A stretch of DNA of 43,750 bases from Malacoraja senta (Eukaryota): positions 250,001 to 293,750 of the forward strand of contig JAXLNO010000246.1 of the NCBI GenBank assembly GCA_038087875.1, read 5' to 3'. The notes under the pieces are model-generated. The model did no database searches. It was not told where the DNA came from and saw only the letters and a list, made by a program, of their open reading frames with translations. Made by a program: the position numbers and the translations under genes. Of the stretch, positions 25,413 through 39,216 are shown piece after piece; position 1 is the first letter of the stretch; each line of letters starts with the position of its first letter.

Positions 25413-25586
25413 CTTACTAGGGGCAATTTACAAAGGGCAATTAACCGATAAACCTGCACGAGTTTGGAATGTGGGTGGAGACCAGCGCCCGGAGAAAACC
25501 CACGTACGACGTTCACACAGACAGCGTCCGTAGTCGGGATCAAACCCGGGTCTCTGACGCTGCGAGGCATCCGTTCGACTGCTGCG
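25413..25586 (-). mobile_element. V-type SINE fragment
   Basis: Aligns to 31930-32125, including GGGATCAAACCCGGGTCTCTGACGC (B box on the minus strand). Confidence 0.75.
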
Positions 25587-26519
25587 AATTTTGTTTGTAT
25601 TTTCTGATTTAAATCAAAGATGTTGGTATAGATATGAGTTCCATGTTTAGGAAATGTGTGAATGTCAGCAAAGTTGTTTGCAGGTGTAGTATTAGGCAAG
25701 ATGTAAACTGCCTTGACATTCAATAACATTACCAAGCTAACTCCTCCGCCATCAATCTCTGTTCCAATAATAATTGAATCACCGTCTTTTTGACCAGACA
25801 GTAGGACTCGCGTGAACTTGGAAGCTGCAGGGAAAATGACTAATTTGGACTGGTGTTACTTTTGGCCACTGAATGGAAGATTATAATCATTTTCCTCTGG
25901 ACGGTGGAATCAACACCCTTTCGCTTTCCAAGCGGGCAATTAGTGCTGTTCTCCCTTTGAAATCTACCGTGTAAAAATAGCACCTGCAGATCAAGATCCA
26001 AATTGACCGCCATTCTGATTTGGAAATATGTCCTGATCCTCAGTATTGCAAATGCCGAATCGCCCCACGTCGACAGAATATTGTACTGGCGCATGGAGGT
26101 CTTCAGCGGTGGAAAAAAAAGATGGCTCTTCACTGTAGATGAAATGTGCATGTACCTTTAACATAGTGACCTCACCACTACTAACCACTCCCCACATCAC
26201 TGGTATAATTACAACCTTCCCACCCAGTTCTCTCTCACTCTAGTTCCAGTGACAGACCACGGACAGCTAGGGCAGCAATAAACAGTAGTAAAGATACAGT
26301 GCATTATGACCCATCTTTACATTCACCACGTAGTCAAAGGCAAAAAGGAAATGTTAATACAACCTTGCTACCTGCTTAAAATAAACACTGGGTGTTGCAA
26401 TCGATAGATACAACGTGTTGGTTTATTATTGACACGGGTAACTAGATACAGTGAAAACCCCTTTGCGTGGTATTCAGCCAAATCATACTATGCATGAATA
26501 CAATTAAGCCATACATAAG

Positions 26520-27073
26520 TGTGAGATGCAAAATCACAAACGCTTTTAGAGGCAAAGTCGGCAAAGAAGCTTTTTATTTAAATCATATTCTGCAGAATAG
26601 GTGCCTCTCCTCTGATGTCCCCTAGAGGCACACCGAGGATCGGGATGTCTTCTATCTTTATACATTTCATGGGTATCATTGTCACACCCTCATCCCTCCC
26701 CATTGAGCTTCTTCCAATCATAACATAAAGCCCACATTCCCACGAGAACGTCCTGGAACGTCCACCCGACGTCAAAGACACCTCCCATATCATGCATCGC
26801 ATGTGCATTTAAATTAGGCATCTTGTCATAGTGGGTGTGTGTACATATTCATGTAAGTTCATTAGGCATGCACAGATTTGTTTGACCTTATGTACTTTCT
26901 CTCTTTCTACTTCTCAAATCTTCTGCTGAATTTGCTACTTTTTATCTAGAATTTCTCTCTGTTCTATATATCGTTATTTTCTATTTTACCAGCAGTCTGG
27001 CTTCTGCTGACACCACAAGCCATTTTTCTATCCCTAGTATAAATCAACCATGTCTGTTAACTCTTTCCTCACA
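26520..27073 (-). mobile_element. ERV 3' LTR, complete (554 bp)
   Basis: On the minus strand: TGTGAG...CTCACA termini, preceded by the PPT AAAAAAGAAAAGGGTGGAT, with TATAAA at 26657-26662 and AATAAA at 26573-26578. Confidence 0.9.
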
Positions 27074-29017
27074 ATCCACCCTTTTCTTTTTTGCTACGCA
27101 ACCTTTGATTTATACTATCTTCCTTTTCTAATGCTAGCAGCAGATTCTTCGCCTCCCTATCCCCCTCTCGTTGGTTATACTGTGTTCTGAAGGCCATCAT
27201 GGTGGCGGCCCTGTTCTTTGTCAGGGCTGTTTCTATCAATCGCTGAGCCAATCCCCGTACGCAGGGAATCATACAACATCCGAACAAACACAGTAACCCC
27301 ACCATGACTACCACTGATGTTAGAGCTGAGGTAAAGATGTGCTTCCATTTCCCAAACCAGGATTCTAGAAACCCAGTCCAGGAGTTGTCTACTCCAGAGT
27401 TCTCAGCCAATTCGATAGTCAGAGAGGTGAGACCTGCTAGGGCTCTTGACACTGACCCATCCGGAGCAGTGTTGTTGGGGATGAATGTGCAACATTGTTC
27501 GCCAAACATTACACACACCCCTCCCTTCTCAGCCAGTAGCATGTCCAAGGCCATGCGATTTTGCCAGGCCATTTGGCTGGTAGCTGTCAGTTGTTCCGCT
27601 AATCCTTCAACTGCATCTCGAGTGTAATTTATAAAGCGTTGTTGATTGTAGTATAGGTAGTTGATCCAGTCCACATTTTTATTAATTGTGGACCACCAGA
27701 AGAGCATGGACTCAAAGCCCGCAGCTATCTGGTTTCTGGCTTTGAATTCATCGGGTACCCCTCTTGTCACCCCTATCGCATCTATATATATATGTGTGTG
27801 TCGAATGATCCTTTCACCCCTCTCTTTTGTTGTTGGCTTCCTTCATTGAGTTCTACAGCATGTTCTACTGCTATGGTGAAGGGCATCATCAGTTGTGTGA
27901 GGGTACAGGTTCCCGACCATGACCCCAGTAACCGGGGCCACAGGGTATTCTCCCCGCACCACCACCAGACATCGGCTCTACTGACTATCTGTTTTTTTAG
28001 CCAGGAGCTATTGAACAGTGGTCCCTGTTCCTCAGCCGTTATGTTATACGTCTGATTGCAGTTGAGCACCTTCCCCATATCCTGTCCCTCTGGGTTATTT
28101 CTTGTATAGCACTCAAACCCCTCCTCCCCAAGAGGACTGGTAAATGGAGGAGGTCGAGGGTCTTCCCTTCGGCCCTTCGTATTGTTGTTGCTGGTCGGAA
28201 ATAGGTAATGATAACTCTGGCATATCACATTCTTTGGTAAGAGGGGATTCGTGAATAGCTGTAGTATACATGACATAGCCCTAGGTGTTCTATTCCAATT
28301 CAGGGGAAATGGTACTGGGACCAGCTGAGGCCTAGCTCCGGCGCAGGTGTAACAATTGGTTTGTTGCATACTTCTGGCTGTGTACATCATCCAGGCAAGC
28401 CAGGTGTTGGCTCCTTTTCCCCCTGTTGGTATTCCCTTCTCATATAACTGCCTTCATCCTGTTTCTCCTTCTACTATCATTATCTTCAGATCCTTAGACT
28501 CATTCTCCCTGGTGACTTTGCTGACTACTGGTGGTGCTGGTGTTGCCCCGGGATCCCTATTCTGACTGTCATCTATCTTCAACACCTTTCCCCTATTCTC
28601 TTATCTTACCATCTCCCCATCCCGCTTCACTTCTATCTCAAACTTCAGACATGTGTCCTTCCCTGTTTTATCTGCACATATCCAATACCTACCACTTTCC
28701 TGCATTTGAACACTCTGTATGCTCACATATATACGTCCTGGCAATTTCTCGTTCGGGTTTTGATATATTTTCCACCTATCAGTTTGATAGGTGGTTCGAT
28801 GCCACCCATTTCTTGATGAAGTAAACACCGCGTGCCAATTTCTACAGGGATGGGTGCATACATACATTCTATAGCCGCACCACCATTTTCTTTTACATAC
28901 ATTAAATGGGATGGTGGTGGGCCTTCTATTCTGTGGTATTGTGATTTTTATGCATGTTATATTACTCACGAGTTGGGTAACCACCCAACACACGACCCAC
29001 CAACACAAAATCTTCAT
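27069..29017 (-). pseudogene. env: Gamma-type retroviral env (fish ERV1/epsilon-like), full length with three lesions
   Basis: Signal peptide MKILCWWVVCW, Pro-rich linker, CYTC (CXXC), QQKR cleavage site, GVPDEFKARNQIAAGFES, ISD WQNRMALDMLLAEKGG, CX6CC and TM helix. In-frame stops at 28601-28603 and 28454-28456; frameshift in a (TA)n run at ~27783-27793. Confidence 0.93.
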
Positions 29018-29322
29018 TTTCCCGCGGGTTCTTGGTAAATATTAAAGTCAATGGTTCCTCTCCTATGCGCACAGTCCACGGGCTGATATTGTCTGGTGGG
29101 GCCTCCACAGGACCCTTAACTCGACTTGCGTGTGTCCACCCTTTCTCTTTTGTCCGTACTGCCGTCTCGGTGATTAGTAACACCAGGTAGGGTCCAGTCC
29201 ACTTAGGTTGCAGCTTTTCTTCTTTCCACGTTTTTATTAATACCCAGTCTCCAGCCTTGACTGAGTGTATCGGGAAGTCCAGTGGTGGGCTCTGGGCCAG
29301 CAATCCTTTAATTTTTAGTTCT
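28962..29322 (-). pseudogene. pol: ERV integrase C-terminal fragment
   Basis: GDWVLIK..LQPKWTGPYLVLLITETAVRTKEKGWTHASRVK (GPY/F domain), overlapping the env start. Confidence 0.9.
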
Positions 29323-30028
29323 ATATCATGCATCGCATGTGCATTTAAATTAGGCATCTTGTCATAGTGTGTGTGTGTACATATTCATGTAAGTTCATTA
29401 GGCATGCGCAGATATGTTTGACCTTATGTACTTTCTCCCTTTCTACTTACTCCTCAAATCTTCTGCTGAATTTGCTACTTTTTATCTAGAATTTCTCTCT
29501 GTTCTATATATCGTTATTTTCTATTTTACCAGCAGTCTGGCTTCTGCTCACACCCCAAGCCATTTCTCTATCCCTAGTCTAAATCAACCATGTCTGTTAA
29601 CTCTTTCCTCACAATCCACCCTTTTCTTTTTTGCTACGCAACCTTTGATTTCTACTATATCCTCCTTTTCTAATGCTAGCAGCAGATTCTTCGCCTCCCT
29701 ATCCCCCTCTCGTTGGTTATACTGTGTTCTGAAGGCCATCATGGTGGCAGCGCTGTTCTTTGTCAGGGCTGTTTCTATCAATCGCTGAGCCAATCCCCGT
29801 ACGCAGGGAATGATACAACATCCGAACAAACACAGTAACCCCACCATGACTACCACTGATGTTAGAGCTGAGGTAAAGCAGTGCTTCCATTTCCCAAACC
29901 AGGATTCTAGAAACCCAGTCCAGGAGTTGTCTACTCCAGAGTTCTCAGCCAATTCGATAGACAGAGAGGTGAGACCTGCTAGGGCTCTTGACACTGACCC
30001 ATCCGGAGCAGTGTTGTTGGGGATGAAT
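29323..30028 (-). mobile_element. Second copy of env 3' end, PPT and partial LTR
   Basis: 29323-29613 matches LTR 26787-27073. 29614-30028 matches env 27074-27487 with scattered differences. Confidence 0.93.
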
Positions 30029-30269
30029 CGCCCGTTCACACACGCGCGGGTGGAGGGCGTGCGTGTGTGTGGGCACACAATACTCCAGGTGTGGTCTCAC
30101 CGGGGCCCTGTACAACTGCAGAAGGACCTCTTTGCTCCTATACTCAACTCCTCTTGTTATAAAGGCCAACAGGCCAAAACTGCACACAATACTCCAGGTG
30201 TGGTCTCACCAGGGCCCTGTACAACTGCAGAAGGACCTCTTTGCTCCAATACTCAACTCCTCTTGTTAT

Positions 30270-31617
30270 TCAGATTCAGATTCAGATTATTTAATGACCA
30301 CACAGTCAAGCTGGTGGAATTCATGTTCAGTACAGGATGTTACACAATAGGCTGATTCCCGTCAAACATAACATAAAACACAACAACATACAGTATACAG
30401 TACATGCACGAGGTGGCTATGTGATGTTGTCATAGAGTGTTCAGATTTCGAATTGCATATGGGTAGAAACTGTTTTTAAGTCGTGATGTTTTGGCGGGCA
30501 GTGAGCTGTAGCGCCTTCCTGACGGCAGCAGGTGGAAGATGTGGTGAGCTGGGTGGGAGGGATCAGAAATGATTTTATTCACCCTTGACACAGACCGTTT
30601 GAGATTGAGTGATTCTATTGATGGGAGGGAAGTGCTGATGATTTTGGATGCTTTGTTGACAATGCGCTGTAGTTTATTACGGGAGTGAGTGTCTAAACTG
30701 TTGTACCAAACTGTTATTGATGAAGTGAGCATGCTTTGGATGATGGCTGTGTAAAATCGGATTAGGAGATGTTTCCTCACTCTGAACTTCTTGAGCTGAC
30801 GGAGAAAGAAAAGTCTTTGGTTGGCTTTTTTATAAATGTGATCTGAATTGATTTTCCATTTGAGGTTATTGCTTATGTGAGTGCCAAGAAATTTGAATGA
30901 GTCAGTGGTGGATATGGGTTCGCCAGAGATGAGTAGGGGGGTCTTGGGTTGTACCTTCCGTCTGAGATCAATGATAAGTTCATGTGTTTTTGATGTATTG
31001 AGTAGGAGGTTATTATCTACTTTGTTTGTTTGAGTGCGGTATTCTGTTTCGTTGTTGTTAGAGATGAGACCTATAATGGTTGTGTCATCTGCGTATTTAT
31101 ATATTTTGACTGAACTATACTGGGATGTGAGTTGATTTGTGTAGAGTGAGAATAACCAGGGTGACAAGACGCAGCCCTGAGGGGCTCCTGTACTGAGGTG
31201 CAGAGGGTGAGATATGGTGTTATGTATCTTCACCCTCTGTTGTCTGTTCCAAAGGAAGCTATAGATCCAATGACAGACGCAGGGGTCAATGTTCATGTCC
31301 GTTAATTTATGGAAAAGTTTAACCGGGTTGATGGAGTTGAATGCCGAACTGTAGTCCATGAACAGGATGCGGGCGTAAGTGTTGGCGGTTTCCAGGTGTT
31401 GCAGAGTGTGATGGATGGCCAGGTTGACTGTGTCTTCTACTGACCTGTTTGCTCTATATGCGAATTGATGTGGGTCCATGTTGGATGAAGTGCTGGTTTT
31501 GAGGTGAGCGAGAATAATGCGCTCAAATGACTTCATGGCCACAGATGTAAGGGCAATCGGTCTGTAGTCATTGAGGCAGGATGTTGTGTTAGACTTGGGC
31601 ACAGGAATGATGGTGGA
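30270..31617 (-). mobile_element. 5'-truncated Rex1/Babar-type LINE
   Basis: (TCTGAA)n tail on the minus strand at ~30270-30287, open RT ORF, and TTAT at both junctions (30266-30269 and 31618-31621). Confidence 0.88.
30430..31602 (-). CDS. Rex1/Babar reverse transcriptase, N-terminally truncated open frame
   Basis: LNDYRPIALTS, DPHQFAYRANRSVED, FMDYSSAFN, TGAPQGCVLSP, KYADDTT, FKFLG and LLPSGRRY. Confidence 0.88.
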   Translation of the reverse strand: MPKSNTTSCLNDYRPIALTSVAMKSFERIILAHLKTSTSSNMDPHQFAYRANRSVEDTVNLAIHHTLQHLETANTYARILFMDYSSAFNSINPVKLFHKLTDMNIDPCVCHWIYSFLWNRQQRVKIHNTISHPLHLSTGAPQGCVLSPWLFSLYTNQLTSQYSSVKIYKYADDTTIIGLISNNNETEYRTQTNKVDNNLLLNTSKTHELIIDLRRKVQPKTPLLISGEPISTTDSFKFLGTHISNNLKWKINSDHIYKKANQRLFFLRQLKKFRVRKHLLIRFYTAIIQSMLTSSITVWYNSLDTHSRNKLQRIVNKASKIISTSLPSIESLNLKRSVSRVNKIISDPSHPAHHIFHLLPSGRRYSSLPAKTSRLKNSFYPYAIRNLNTL

Positions 31618-31813
31618 TTATGAAGGCGAACAGGCCAAAACTGCACACAATACTCCAGGTGTGGTCTCACCAGGGCCCTGTACAACTGCAGAAGGACATC
31701 ATTGCTCTTATACTCAACTCTTTCTCTGTTTTCTTTAGTGGCCTTTCCAAATAAAATAAAAACATATTTTACACTTTGTGGACACCTTGATGTTTGAATT
31801 ATGTTCTTCAACC

Positions 31814-32137
31814 AGTTTAGTCTAGTTTAGTTTAGAGATACAGCGCGAAAACAGGCCCTTCGGCCCCACCGAGTCCGTGCCGACCAGCGATCCCCGCACA
31901 CTAACACTATCCTACACACACACACAGGGGGACAATTTACAATCTTTAACAGAAACCAATTAACATACAAACCCGCACATCTTTGGAGTGTGATAGGGAA
32001 CCAGAACGCCCGGAGAAAACCCACGCAGGTCACGGGGAGAGAACGTGCAAACACCGCACAGACAGCACCCGTGGTCGGGATGGAACCGGGGTCTCTGACG
32101 CCGTGAGGCGGCAACTCTACCGCTGGGTCACCGTGAC
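31814..32137 (-). mobile_element. V-type tRNA SINE (HE1-like), near full length
   Basis: Minus strand CACGGTGACCCAGCGGTAGAG (A box), GGTTCCATCC (B box), V-domain, and (CTAAA)n tail. Confidence 0.85.
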
Positions 32138-32257
32138 GACCAGAGAGGGAGGGAGAGGTGGATACTTCTCTCACCCTCTCTCTCTCTCCCTGCTTCTCTC
32201 TATCTCCCTCATCCCTCTCTCTCTCTACCCTCTCCCTCTCTCCCTCCCTCTCTCTCT

Positions 32258-32381
<124 letters not shown>

Positions 32382-32394
32382 TCTCCATCCCTCC

Positions 32395-32550
32395 ATCCCC
32401 CCCTCCTTTGTTCTCTCCATCCCTTCATCCCCCCCTCCTTTGTTCTCTCCATCCCTTCATCCCCCCTCCTTTGTTCTCTCCATCCCTTCATCCCCCCCTC
32501 CTTTGTTCTCTCCATCCCTTCATCCCCCCTCCTTTGTTCTCTCCATTCCA
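32395..32550. repeat. 31/32-bp pyrimidine minisatellite CCCCCTCCTTTGTTCTCTCCATCCCTTCATC (also ~35833-36040)
   Basis: Direct reading of about 5 units in copy A and about 7 in copy B. Confidence 0.9.
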
Positions 32551-32800
32551 CCCTCAATGCCCAAAAAAACAACAACAAAACACCCGGAACCATAACTGCG
32601 GCGTTTCGCCCTCCACCCGGACGCCTGAGACCCGCCGTCCCACTTTGCCAGCGCCGGTGCGCCGGTCTAAAGCGTCCCCCCTTTCCCCGGAAGCGCCTTT
32701 GTGGACGACAGGTTCGCCACCCGACCGGAAGTGGTGCGGGAATCCAGCTGTGAAGAGCAGGTAAGGATAAAAGTGCTGTCATGCAGCGGGCGGCAGCAAT

Positions 32801-33198
32801 GCAGCTAGTGATGCATGCATTCCCTTTAATGCAGCCAGTGATGCATGCATGCCCTTTAATGCAGCCAGTGATGCATGCATTCCCTTTAATGCAGCCAGTG
32901 ATGCATGCATGCATTCCATTTAATGCAGCCAGTGATGCATGCGTTCCCTTTAATGCAGCCAGTGAAGCATGCATTCCCTTTAATGCAGCCAGTGATGCAT
33001 GCATACATTCCCTTTAATGCAGCCAGTGATGCATGCATTCCCTTTAATGCAGCCAGTGAAGCATGCATTCCCTTTAATGCAGCCAGTGATGCATGCATTC
33101 CCTTTAATGCAGCCAGTGACGCATGCATTCCCTTTAATGCAGCCAGTGATGCATGCATCCCATTCAATGCAGCCTGTGATGCATGCATTCCCTTTAAT
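32801..33198. repeat. 30-bp minisatellite GCAGCCAGTGATGCATGCATTCCCTTTAAT x13
   Basis: Counted 13 units, two with a 4-bp expansion. Confidence 0.95.
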
Positions 33199-33549
33199 GC
33201 AGCAGGGGGAACATGCTCAGGCGCTTGCTGGCCGATCCCCGCATTTTATAACTCACACTATATTCACACTTAATTTAGCCCTTCAGGCAGATTTCTGTCT
33301 CATTTCCAAACCATTTCCCTAAACCCCTCCCCCAAACTCACCAAGCCGACCTTGCGTAACAACGGCGTGGATGTGAGGAGCCCAGACCGGCCAAAACAGG
33401 CCCTTCAACCCATTCCCCCCCTGCCAGCCCGCAGTTGGCATTGTCTGAATCGGGGTCTACGTTCGCCCAAATCCCCTCTAGCAGAGAGAGAGAGAGAGAT
33501 ATGGAGAGAGAGACAGAGAGACAGAGGGACAGAGAGAGAGAAACAGAGA

Positions 33550-34155
33550 GACAGAGTGATACAGTGTGGAAACAGGCCCTTTGGCCCAACTTGCCACACT
33601 GGCCTACATGCCCCATCTACACTAGTCCCACATGCTGCCCGCGTTTGGCCCATATCCCTCGAAACCTGTCCCATCCATGTACCTATCCCAGTGTTGTGAT
33701 AGTCCCAGCCTCAACAGCCTCCTCCGGCAGCTCGATCCATAACACACCACCCTCTGTGTGGAAAAGTTGCCCCTCAGACTCCTATTCCATTTTCCCCACC
33801 CCCGCCTCTCTCACCTTAAACCCGTGTCCTCTGATCCTCGATTCCCCTACTCTGGGCAAGAGACTCTGTGCGTCTACCCGATCTATTCCTCTGGTGATTT
33901 TGTACACATCTATAAGATCACCCCTCATCCTCCTGCGCTCCAAGGAATAGAGTCCCAGCCTGCCCCAACCTCTCCCTGTAGCTCAGGCCCCTCGAGTCCC
34001 AGCAACATCCAAGTAAATCTTCTCCGCGCCCTTTCCAAACTCAATGACATCTTTCCTGTAACACGGTGCTCAGAACTGAATGCAATACTCTAAACGCAAC
34101 CTCACCAACGTCTCGTACAACTGCAACGTGACCTCCCAACTTCTAGACTCAATAC
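33550..34155 (-). mobile_element. CR1 3' fragment within tandem unit A (counterpart ~37118-37722)
   Basis: The minus strand encodes IESRSWEVTLQLYETLVRLRLEYCIQF, followed by a CR1 ORF2 end and 3' UTR. Confidence 0.85.
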
Positions 34156-34187
34156 AGAGAGAGAGAGAGAGAGAGAGACATAGATAC

Positions 34188-34234
<47 letters not shown>

Positions 34235-35347
34235 GGGAGGGAGAGAGTGAAAGAGAGACCGACACAGAGCGAGAGACAGAGAAACACAGAGACATAGAGA
34301 GAGAGACAGAGAGTGAGAGAGACATAGAGGGACACAGAGACAGACAGAGAGAGACGGAGAGAGAGAGGGAGACAGAGAGACGGAGAGAGACAGAGAGACA
34401 GAGACAGACAGACAGACAGAGAGAGAGACAGGTAGAGAGAGAGAGAGAGACAGGGAGACAGAGAGACAGGTAGAGAGAGAGAGGGAGAGACAGGGAGACA
34501 GAGACAGAGAGAGAGAGAGAGCATTTTTGCTGTATTTCCCACTGTTTTGTGGGAAACACTGCAGTGAGGTGAGCGAGTACATACCGGGGGAAATACAAGA
34601 GAGAGACAAATGTTGACTTTTTTCCTCTTTTCTTTTCTACAGATGTGAACAATGAAGGAGGATATAGGACCAGGCGCCTGCTGCTGCTGATGCTGCTGTG
34701 GAAAAGAAAGAATTTTCCTCTGAAACTGGAGCCAAGTTGTATTAAAGTGGGTGGGTCTTGCAATGAAATAAAAATAAATTCATCAAATCAAACACTTGAC
34801 TCTTATGATTATTATGATCATCACACATTGAGGGCTGAGGGCTAGTAAAGGCCTGATGAGCCTTCGGGGCACATCCTGGGCTAGTACAGGGCCTGATTGG
34901 CCAAAGGGACACTTAAGCAACTATTTTTGGTGGGGTGTAATCTGAGTTTTGAGTAGAGTCACCTTTGACTATTATGATCATCACACACTGAGGGTGGTGG
35001 CTGGGGAGGGCTAGTGTGGGGACAGAGAACAGTGTGGGGGGGGGACAGAACAGTGGGTACAGAGAACATGCCTGATTGGCAGAAGGGTCACCTCCTGGGC
35101 TAGCACAGATGGGCCGAATGAGGGAATGCTTTCTGCCATTTTTCCAGCCAGCCTTGTGGGGCCTAAAATAGATTCTCAGCCAGGCACGCAGCAAAATCCA
35201 TTTTTTGGCCTTTTCCCTGTGCTGGCTGGCTGGCTGGCAAGGTGCTATTAAGCTTTTAATGCATCACACAGGCATGAGGGAATACTTGCTGCAATTTGAC
35301 CAGCTTTGTGGGGCCAATAATGCATTCTCATAATATCTATCTATATT

Positions 35348-38960
<3,613 letters not shown>

Positions 38961-38967
38961 CCCCCCC

Positions 38968-39216
38968 GTGTGTCCCTCCATCAGTACCATCACAGTGTGT
39001 CCCTCCATCAGTACCACCACAGTGTGTCCCTCCATCAGTACCACCACAGTGTGTCCCTCCATCAGTACCACCACAGTGTGTCCCTCCATCAGTACCACCA
39101 CAGTCTGTCACTGCATCAGTTCTGCCCCATTTTTATCCCTCCATCAGTACCACCACAGTGTGTCCCTCCATCAGTACCACCACAGTCTGTCACTGCGTCA
39201 GTTCTGCCCCATTTTT
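38968..39216. repeat. 27-bp minisatellite GTGTGTCCCTCCATCAGTACCACCACA with a longer variant unit, resuming at 42423-42480
   Basis: Direct reading; the array is interrupted by L1-C. Confidence 0.9.

Larger units (their letters stand above)
30073..31720. repeat. 109-bp tandem repeat derived from CR1 RT sequence (three units, split by the Rex1 insertion)
   Basis: GCACACAATACTCCAGGTGTGGTCTCACC begins at 30073, 30182 and 31643. The minus strand encodes [27 protein letters not shown]. Confidence 0.85.

Noticed and set aside
25590..26280. Possible exon or degraded LINE endonuclease (GGGVSL..AVYILP on the minus strand)
   Set aside because: Only a faint motif resemblance, with stops in the frames examined and no convincing splice frame; left unassigned.
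32801..33198. Regular ~30-bp repeats as a CRISPR array
   Set aside because: Units are head-to-tail with no unique spacers, there are no cas genes, and the context is eukaryotic.
34850..34880. Hammerhead ribozyme (CTGATGAG-CCTTCGGGGC)
   Set aside because: The required GAAA after stem II is absent (ACAT), and copy B changes the loop.
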